DNA of 63,594 nucleotides, filler included, from Octopus bimaculoides (Eukaryota), in NCBI RefSeq assembly GCF_001194135.2. It is 7 parts of 7 records of this genome, joined end to end, with 100 filler letters (N's around TTAATTAATTAA, not from the genome) between each part and the next. Parts side by side here need not be neighbours in the genome. Positions count along the whole stretch, not along the records: positions 45,666 to 55,331 come from NW_026303655.1; positions 55,432 to 57,136 come from NW_026432706.1; positions 57,237 to 62,300 come from NC_068988.1; positions 62,401 to 63,594 come from NW_026363583.1; 3 more parts are not named here. One strand, given 5' to 3'. This document shows, in pieces, positions 54,138 through 63,594 of this stretch. Position 1 is the stretch's first letter. Each line of letters starts with the position of its first letter. The position numbers were made by a program, and so were the translations under genes. The notes beneath the pieces were generated by a model that searched no databases, was not told the origin of the DNA, and saw only the letters and a list, made by a program, of their open reading frames with translations.

Positions 54138-55039
54138 NNNNNNNNNNNNNNNNNNNNNNNNNNNNNNNNNNNNNNNNNNNNNNNNNNNNNNNNNNNNNNN
54201 NNNNNNNNNNNNNNNNNNNNNNNNNNNNNNNNNNNNNNNNNNNNNNNNNNNNNNNNNNNNNNNNNNNNNNNNNNNNNNNNNNNNNNNNNNNNNNNNNNNN
54301 NNNNNNNNNNNNNNNNNNNNNNNNNNNNNNNNNNNNNNNNNNNNNNNNNNNNNNNNNNNNNNNNNNNNNNNNNNNNNNNNNNNNNNNNNNNNNNNNNNNN
54401 NNNNNNNNNNNNNNNNNNNNNNNNNNNNNNNNNNNNNNNNNNNNNNNNNNNNNNNNNNNNNNNNNNNNNNNNNNNNNNNNNNNNNNNNNNNNNNNNNNNN
54501 NNNNNNNNNNNNNNNNNNNNNNNNNNNNNNNNNNNNNNNNNNNNNNNNNNNNNNNNNNNNNNNNNNNNNNNNNNNNNNNNNNNNNNNNNNNNNNNNNNNN
54601 NNNNNNNNNNNNNNNNNNNNNNNNNNNNNNNNNNNNNNNNNNNNNNNNNNNNNNNNNNNNNNNNNNNNNNNNNNNNNNNNNNNNNNNNNNNNNNNNNNNN
54701 NNNNNNNNNNNNNNNNNNNNNNNNNNNNNNNNNNNNNNNNNNNNNNNNNNNNNNNNNNNNNNNNNNNNNNNNNNNNNNNNNNNNNNNNNNNNNNNNNNNN
54801 NNNNNNNNNNNNNNNNNNNNNNNNNNNNNNNNNNNNNNNNNNNNNNNNNNNNNNNNNNNNNNNNNNNNNNNNNNNNNNNNNNNNNNNNNNNNNNNNNNNN
54901 NNNNNNNNNNNNNNNNNNAAAAATCAGCTATGCATAACCAGATTGGCCATCTAATGGATCATATACTAATGATTCACCACAAATATGCACATCCTTTACT
55001 TGACATTATGACAGAGCATCTTCCCAACCTATAGTTAAA

Positions 55040-55331
55040 ATAATATATGAGCCAAACGAATTCTTTGATCCCCATTAGCTTACAGCTAATGACTTAGATT
55101 CAAACTCAGCATCTAAACCAGATAGTCTCCCAGCAATACTTACTAAAATCATGTAAAAACAGCTTTGTGAAACCATTAAAGATACTATTTCAAAAGTCAC
55201 TAGATACCAGTAAATTCCCAGAACTATTAAAAGACACAATAGTAACACCTATACACAAAGGAAGGTAGCAAGTTTGAAGCTAAAAATTACAAACTTGTTT
55301 CTCTCACATTTCACACATCTAAAATTATCAA
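55040..55331 (+). mobile_element. CR1/L2-type RT N-terminal fragment
   Basis: SASKPDSLPA.LLKSC...PLKILF...VTPIHK.G.K..AKNYKLVSLT across frameshifts. Confidence 0.8.
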
Positions 55332-55431
55332 NNNNNNNNNNNNNNNNNNNNNNNNNNNNNNNNNNNNNNNNNNNNTTAATTAATTAANNNNNNNNNNNNN
55401 NNNNNNNNNNNNNNNNNNNNNNNNNNNNNNN
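55332..55431. other. Artificial 100-bp join linker
   Basis: 44 N + TTAATTAATTAA + 44 N. Confidence 0.95.
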
Positions 55432-57136
55432 GAAGTGTATGTTCGCATACCATTGGAGACAGTAAGTTCACTTATTATTTTCTTCAATATCCTCTTTCTT
55501 AATTGAAAATATGCTAGAGCACATTTAATAAATAAAATTAATAGTTATATATATGTATTAGATTTTTAGTTATGCTGCTAGTTTCATTGTAAGTTATTTA
55601 CAGCTAACTTTATTGGACAAAAGGTCATATATGCTTGAAGCTTGTTATCAAGACACAGCAATACAGGTTTCCAAACAGTAGAATGTTGGACCAGATGCTT
55701 TACTGTGTCTTATTCAGAAGCTCACTGTTTTAATTTCGGTTCACTAGGGTGTCATCAATCTGCTCAGTTTGTCACATCTAGTCACTTAATCAAAATACCA
55801 GAATGTTATATAATAGTTCATTTGGTCACATATCATTTTTTTGGTTAATTACTAGGATATAGTAGGTCTTTTCAATTATAGTTGTTCTCCCTTAATAATA
55901 AGGCTTTCGATCTATACAAAAATAAATCATTATTAAAAGGCTACGTGTTGAACAGCTAGGATTTCAATTAAAGTAGTGCACATTCTCTCCTGATGACCCC
56001 CTGAAACCTAGTGGTGCCTGGAATGCAGAGTTTTTAACTGACTCTACTTGCACAAGCAAGATGTTTCCAAGTCTCTCCAGCATAGATGGTATATTTATAT
56101 GATCCTCATACTATTTATACTATGAAATACGTTAGTGATAACTCATTTAGTATATAGTCAAACTAATAAAGTATGCTTCATATCAAATGAAAGATATGGG
56201 ATATTAATTTGAAGGGCAATTGTTAAAAGACATGCATTTTTTATGTCATGCTACAGACTACAGCTCACCCAATCAGTGTATTTATAACCTCCAGCCTACA
56301 TTTGATCTCAAGATTCTACTTTTTCTAATTTGTTGAATAATGTTTCCATAAAGGGAAAATGAAAAATAGCAAGTAGTACAGGTATCAATCTAATGGATTA
56401 TAAATTCATAGTTTACTGCAGGTATTTTACTATCTACAGGTAAAACACTTAGTCCTGCTTGCCTTGGATAACTTAACTGGAGAATGNNNNNNNNNNNNNN
56501 NNNNNNNNNNNNNNNNNNNNNNNNNNNNNNNNNNNNNNNNNNNNNNNNNNNNNNNNNNNNNNNNNNNGTGGCTCTGAAGGATGTCTTTCTGGATGGCATG
56601 CCCTAACAATTTTTCAGTACTGTGGTTCACCTGATGATGAGTCATGTTTCATGCAGCCTACTTCTCAAAAAAGATTGCCTAATTCATAGACCCAGTGGTC
56701 TATGATTTGTGAAAGGATCCACGAACCTATAAATAAATTTGTAGCTAGCTGCAATTGGGTAACATAAGTTTTATTATTAATTTTTATGTGCCTGAACTAT
56801 ATTATTCTAATATAGTGGCTACTGATTTAATAAACCCCTGAAAAATATTTTAAAATTCAATCAGCTTTATCAAGATTGTTAACACTCCAAATAATGTTTT
56901 TTGATTATCTTTTCATTACATTGAGTTATCTGCATATATCACTGAGCCATTCTACTCCTGTTGTTTTAATATGTTTTCTATAAAAGTTATCAAAATTATA
57001 TTACTGATACACTTCTTGAGATAAATTTTTTTTTAAATATTTCTGAATTTCTATCTTCAGTGTGCCAGAACTTGTTTATATCATCGAGAGTTTGTCTGTA
57101 AAGCATTCCATTATCGAGAGAATGGCAAGCAATGCA

Positions 57137-57236
57137 NNNNNNNNNNNNNNNNNNNNNNNNNNNNNNNNNNNNNNNNNNNNTTAATTAATTAANNNNNNNN
57201 NNNNNNNNNNNNNNNNNNNNNNNNNNNNNNNNNNNN
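57137..57236. other. Artificial 100-bp join linker
   Basis: 44 N + TTAATTAATTAA + 44 N. Confidence 0.95.
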
Positions 57237-57268
<32 letters not shown>

Positions 57269-57369
57269 TATATGTACGTGTCTAGTATATGTTTATATGT
57301 TTATGTGAGTTTATTATTTATGCGTTTATGCGTTTGTGTGTTTGTACATGAGTCAGTGACGGTATGGGT

Positions 57370-58410
57370 GGTTTGCTTGTAATGGTGATGATTGTAGTAG
57401 TGACGACGGTCGCGATGGTGCTGATACTGGAGACGATGGAGGTAAGGTAGTGATGGTAATTCTGTCGGTGTTGCGATAAGGACTTTTAGTGGGCTGTTGA
57501 TGTTGCAGTTACGATGGTGGTGGTGGTAGTGGTGGTGGTGGTGGTGGTGCTTGGGGTGGTTTTGTTTAAAGTAGGAGGTGTTTTTTGGAGGTAGTGGTAA
57601 CTAGCCTTTTTAGCGGTGGTTGGGTGTTTATGAGGGTAGTGATGATATAGGGTGGGATTTAAGGGTAGCGTCTTGATAATAACGATAGTGCTGATGCTGA
57701 TGGTAGGAGCAGGAAATTGTAGAGGTGGAGGCGGCGTCGGTATACTCGGCGGATGTGGAGGTTGAGAGGGATTGGGTGTTTCACCATCATTATTGTGTTT
57801 ATGGCATTAAAGACTGCGGTGGCGGCAACGGGGTTGGCGGCGGAAGAAGCAGCGGCAGTGGAGCAGCGGTGGTGGAGATAGCGGTGACGGCAGCGGTGGC
57901 GGCGACGGTGGAAGCGAGGGCAGCGGTGGCGNNNNNNNNNNNNNNNNNNNNNNNNNNNNNNNNNNNNNNNNNNNNNNNNNNNNNNNNNNNNNNNNNNNNN
58001 NNNNNNNNNNNNNNNNNNNNNNNNNNNNNNNNNNNNNNNNNNNNNNNNNNNNNNNNNNNNNNNNNNNNNNNNNNNNNNNNNNNNNNNNNNNNNNNNNNNN
58101 NNNNNNNNNNNNNNNNNNNNNNNNNNNNNNNNNNNNNNNNNNNNNNNNNNNNNNNNNNNNNNNNNNNNNNNNNNNNNNNNNNNNNNNNNNNNNNNNNNNN
58201 NNNNNNNNNNNNNNNNNNNNNNNNNNNNNNNNNNNNNNNNNNNNNNNNNNNNNNNNNNNNNNNNNNNNNNNNNNNNNNNNNNNNNNNNNNNNNNNNNNNN
58301 NNNNNNNNNNNNNNNNNNNNNNNNNNNNNNNNNNNNNNNNNNNNNNNNNNNNNNNNNNNNNNNNNNNNNNNNNNNNNNNNNNNGCGGTGGCGGCGGCGGT
58401 GGTGAGATCG
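57370..58410. repeat. Degenerate (GGT/GGC)n low-complexity region with a gap
   Basis: Seen directly. Confidence 0.85.
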
Positions 58411-58972
58411 AAACCGCGACAATTGCCATAAACAATCTCATTTTACTGCGACGACACATACTTATACATCTTTCGAATGCCTTCTTTCCCATACCTCGCT
58501 TTCCACCAGCACTAAACACCATCACCGCCTCCATTTTAACCTTGCACCAGATCGTTTCACATCTATCTATTCTAGCACAAATCTTGGTGGTTTGCTTCGC
58601 TTCTCTTGTCTAATATATTCCTCAAATTGCTAGTTTTACAAGGAACATTGGCTGATACAGGCAGCGACACGTTGACTTTCTGAAGTTACAAGCAAGCAAG
58701 CGGCTGCACATCTTCACTATTTTCCTAGCTGTTTACTATCAAATAGGTTCTCTATCGATCACTGCATTACTTCAATTGCAAGCAGAGAACTATTCCTGCC
58801 TCTCAATGTTTTTCTCATTTTCTCTTTGCCTTTTCCACTCCACGCTATCTGTCTTTACGTATGTTTTTATCTTTTTTCTTTTCTTTTGTATTATTTATCC
58901 ATTTATCTCTCTCCCACCTCATTTCCTGTTTTTATTTATTCTATTACTTTCACCGCATTGTTTATCTTAGAC

Positions 58973-59013
<41 letters not shown>

Positions 59014-59177
59014 ACTCACACGCGTGCGCGTACACTCATGGAGAGTCTACTTTTTGTAGTGTTTTCTCATTTATTTTAAAATCGACTCACCTGATTTGCG
59101 AAGAATAAATTTTATAAAGGAAGATGCGTNNNNNNNNNNCTCTCTCTTTCTTTCTTTCTCTCTCTCTCTCTCTTTCA

Positions 59178-59209
<32 letters not shown>

Positions 59210-59759
59210 TTCTCTCTCTCTCTCTCTCTTATTCACTCCTTAACTTCTATGTGTATTTGTGTACGTCGGGAGTGCGTGTGTGTGTGTGTATGTGTGTGTC
59301 TGCGTGTCTGTGTCTCTGTGTACATAGATAGATAGATGTGCACACAAGCACACAAACGTATACACGCATACATACATACACGCATACATACATACACACA
59401 TGCATACATACATACATACATACATACATACATACATACATACATACATAAAACAAAACACACAAGTCAACACCTATACATACAAACATATCCTGTTGCT
59501 GATGTTGAAATTTCAATGAAGGAACCTAGGATCTGGGTTAGAAACCGGCTCTGTCTCTATTGGCAAGAAATCTTGAAATAAAACAGAATAATGGCATACA
59601 TACATACATACATACAGACAGACAGACAGACAGACAAAGAGACAGACAGACAGACAAAGAGACAGACAGACAGACAGACACGGCCTTTTAAACTGATCAC
59701 TGCAAAAGCTCAACGAGATAGGTGAATGAACTAGCAAGTTACTCAATGTTATTTGAAAC

Positions 59760-60720
59760 TTCAACATCAATGGAGAAATATAAACAGGCTATACTTCCCA
59801 TGCAAAGACGGTGGCTGGATCTTAAATCTGTATTGATGTCATATGAAGCATATATTGTGACAATGATACAGCATTTGCAGCAAAGGAAAGAGGTTAGTGA
59901 CTATCTTGTCCAAGCTTGCGAACAAGAAAGCTACAACATAATAAGAAGAGCTAATTAACTTTAGGAGAAGCATGAAATAAGAGCTGATGCAGATCGCTTT
60001 CCAAGGAGCATTGGTAAAGTCTATATATCAGAAGAAAATAAAAAATGAACCATTTCACTGGAAAGTAGTGCACTAAGAAGGTATTTGGTAAGAAGGATGC
60101 AAACGGTAGAGAGAATAAGCCATTGGCATGGAGCACCGCTAAGTTTACTACAACCTATTTTGAAAGCCACCTCCATTCAATTCAAGAACAAGAGGTGCAG
60201 CATAAAAAACAAAAAAATATTGAAGGACAACAAATATAGGCTGTGTAAAACTAAAACTGAAGACATCAACCACATTATCGGTAACTGCGAGAGAATGTCT
60301 TCTAGATGTAATTTTCCCATGATGCGGTGGTCAGAACAGTTTGGAACAGGATAAGAAAAAAGAAATTACCAACTGAACTGACATAGGTGACTATATTGAA
60401 ACGGATGGGTTAAAACAATATTGATGGAACTTAAAGATTAAAATAACCACCAAGTTAAAACACATCCAACCAGATATTGTTGTATGGGAACACGAGAAAA
60501 AATATGTTACGTTGAGGAAATCAGCTGTTCTCTGGACACCAATGTCAGAAAAATAGAGGAGATAAAAAACGTCTGTGAACCATTGATAAGGTGTTGGCAA
60601 ATCCATTACTCAAGATACACTTTCAGTTTCATATTTATTACTGGAGCAATAGGATACGTTGCAACCCACCTGGAGCAAAGTATGGCTAAAACTTTGCAAG
60701 ACATTCTTAAAATTTAAATT
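59760..60720 (+). mobile_element. R4/NeSL-like retrotransposon C-terminal region (CCHC finger and PD-D/ExK endonuclease), decayed
   Basis: YRLCKTKTEDINHIIGNC; QPDIVVWEHEKKICYVEEISCSLDTNV; FITGAIGY. Confidence 0.88.
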
Positions 60721-62300
60721 GTGATGAACAAACGAGATACTTTCCTTCCCAATTTTTGCTACTAGGCAGATAGACGGTCAAAATTAACTCTAGAATAAAA
60801 AGAAATAGATATGGAGAGATTAATAAAGATGCAAAGATACTCACCCACAAGGCGTATGTAAACATGCGTATATGTATATATATATATATAGATACGTATA
60901 GACTGTGTGCATACATCATTAGTTCTACCTCATACCGAAATCCATTTCTTTCTATCTCTCTTAATATTGGTTCTAATTATAGCCTATGAATTAAGTTTGG
61001 TGTGCATAAAGGCACTTACCATGAAGCTTATATTATATATGGCATATATATACATGCATACACACACACACACATATATTATATGTATATCATATCATGT
61101 TATATATACATTATATACATACACACACACACCAACACGCATGTATATATGTACTGTGAGTTTTTAACTCATACTTGAGATACCTGAAATACCTTAAACT
61201 GTAAAGCTATTGTAACTATATTATATTATATACGGAAGTACTGCTTGTTAACCCACGGATTATCGCATTTTCTCATAAATATTTTTCGTATATATAACAT
61301 AACATCAAGGCAAGATATTTATATACATATATACATAAGCACACACACACATATATCACTGAAATAAAACACTGTTAAAGGGCTACTAATTTATTCTTCT
61401 GCCCACACCAACAATTCCCAGCCTACAATTTTCAAAATGTTCCTAAGACAAAATCTTTTACCTTTGAAAAGTCTGATAAAACGTAAAATATTTACGAGAA
61501 TGTTATACAATAAGTCATATATGCGTAAGAACCACAGCACAACATTTACTACAAATAAAAGTTGAGAAATATTTCCTCAAAAAAGCATCAAATGCTGATT
61601 TTATTAATTTTTGGAGAGTTATTTTTGATAAATATTTTTTGAAATAGTCATAGAAGTTATAGATTACCAAAATGGGTTGCAATAATAAAATACTGAGAAC
61701 CGATGCTTTAGGCCACATTGTTTGAACTTTGTATATTGTTACTGCAGCTTGTTTAAATATAGTCTATACATTTTCTGATTGATTACCTATTTCGGCAATT
61801 AACTATCGTTCTACTTCTCTAACCTGTGATGTACCTATTTCATTAGTTAACTGTTGTACCACTCTGGCCTTCTTTGACCAGTGATGGCTCGTGTATAGGC
61901 ACTGCAGAACTGCAGCATTCCGTATTTCCACTCGATATTATCGATAACATTCAATATAATGAGTCCTTTTTTTCTTTAATTCTTCCTTTATACTTGTACA
62001 TTACATAATCCTTAAGTTTAATGTCAGTAGCCATCCCCAAAAACCCTTGTATAGAACTGTGCGCTTCACAGTTCTAGCGACGAGATGTTTGGCTGTTGTA
62101 CGTATCCTCACATGTTCGAGATAGGTTTCTTTATTAGCCACACAGGGCTCAACACAGAGGGGACAAAATACAAATGTAGAGTTTTTCTTTTCGAGGGGGT
62201 CGAAAACAAAGCAGAAAAAAAAAACAAAAGTGGGGACAACGATGGAAAAAGAACATCGCAAAACGTTTGGGGTATTTACAAAAAATATGAAATAATACAG

Positions 62301-62400
62301 NNNNNNNNNNNNNNNNNNNNNNNNNNNNNNNNNNNNNNNNNNNNTTAATTAATTAANNNNNNNNNNNNNNNNNNNNNNNNNNNNNNNNNNNNNNNNNNNN
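62301..62400. other. Artificial 100-bp join linker
   Basis: 44 N + TTAATTAATTAA + 44 N. Confidence 0.95.
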
Positions 62401-63520
62401 CCCCACGTACCTTGGACAAAGGGTAACCAGAGTATCGATAAAAAATGTCCATCCAGAAGTGGAACCACAATGGCTGTTATCAGGTATTTGTTATCACATG
62501 GAGGGAAATATAAACATTCTGGAGACTACTGCATTAAAGCAGGAAAACTGGAATGGAAAAAATTCGATGCCCTGTTACAAATTACACATGAAGAATTGCA
62601 AGAAATTCCAACTCAAATTGAGCCGCCAGACGGCTACACCCTCTACGTTGTGGTAGAAGGTAGGCCTCGATGCTACCTGTGTGGCATCGAAGGGCACCTC
62701 AAAAAAGATTGCCCAACAGCAACAGATAACAAAAAAACAAGAAGGAAAAACAGCCAAAAAAGGACCCCTACTACCCACACCACCACCAACACAAAGAACG
62801 AGCAAAAGGAGCAAGACTGAAGAATCCCACAAACCAAACCCGCCTACACCAACAAATGTACCCGAAAAAACACAAACAACAACTACAAGAACTAAGGAAA
62901 CAGTAAAAGCAAAAGAAATACAAAGACTAATTCCCCTTCTCCCACATCACATACACCACAAGCAGATAATCAACAACCATCAACAACACACCCACTTCAA
63001 CAAACAAACACACAAGCACACGACATGCCCTTACCCCCTTCCGATTCCTCAGAAGACTCGTCCGAGGACGAAAGTAGCAGTAGTGAGTGGCAAATAGCTA
63101 GAAAAGGACGGAGGAAAAGGAGTAAAAAAAGAACCAAACCAAATGCAAACACCAACAAAGCAGGGAGATATACATCTCCCGAAAACATCGTCTCCAAACA
63201 TACCACAAACAACATCAACACCACAAGAACACACAGAAAACATGCTCACAGCAATAGACACTAGAAACACAGAATTAATGAACTACATAAATACAAAAAC
63301 AAACATAACAAAAAACATCAAAACAAACAACCACCCATACACGACGCCACCCAATCACATAAAAATATATCACATCACGCCAACATTACACCACACTTTA
63401 AAATCCCTCTACTCCAATGCGGTAGGGGGATGCCAAAAATATTTAGCAAAAAAACTTTACAGCAGCCTCCTTAACGAAAATTCAAATGAAAAAACAACTG
63501 AACTTCCGAACGGTAAGTAA
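62401..63520 (+). mobile_element. Gag-like ORF1 of a non-LTR retrotransposon (CCHC knuckle), frameshifted
   Basis: PTYLGQRVTRVSIKNVHPEVEPQWLL...EIP...LYVVVEGRPRCYLCGIEGHLKKDC (Cx2Cx4Hx4C), then a long T/P/N/H-rich tail; frameshifts in A-runs. Confidence 0.75.
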
Positions 63521-63594
63521 CTCTCTGTTCCTATTCTTTTTAAACAGAGCGTTACTTGCATTAATTTCGTAAATAAATTTTTTCAATTAGTGAC

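Noticed and set aside
61515-61960. SGNH esterase-like LINE ORF1 remnant on the minus strand
   Set aside because: No GDS or GTND motif and several stops; the similarity is impressionistic.
62085-62348. ORF 62085-62348 as the N-terminus of the zinc-knuckle ORF1
   Set aside because: It is separated from that ORF by an artificial linker, so continuity cannot be claimed.

Overview
This is AT-rich, microsatellite- and SINE-dense eukaryotic DNA. The repeat families look like octopus (cephalopod), but the species is an inference. It is not one locus: six 100-bp linkers (44 N + TTAATTAATTAA + 44 N) join seven separate pieces (1-13234, 13335-40852, 40953-45565, 45666-55331, 55432-57136, 57237-62300, 62401-63594), so adjacency across a linker means nothing. 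Most recognisable content is transposon-derived: three tRNA-headed SINE families; R4/NeSL-type, CR1/L2, RTE and Penelope-like retroelement fragments; mariner, hAT and other MITEs; a MULE transposase fragment; a DD37D (maT) transposase that is open up to a gap; and a zinc-knuckle ORF1. One host gene is clearly recognisable, an FBXL15-like F-box/LRR exon (45929-46471, minus strand). It has canonical splice sites but two frameshifting insertions. The most unusual observations are that disrupted exon, a decayed Penelope-like ORF with an embedded Ulp1/SENP-like (C48) protease, several fold-back structures, and speculative plus-strand phase-1 exons. All assignments were made by eye from motifs; no searches were run, and repeat boundaries are approximate unless TIR/TSD positions are given. 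I found no convincing new multi-gene system.
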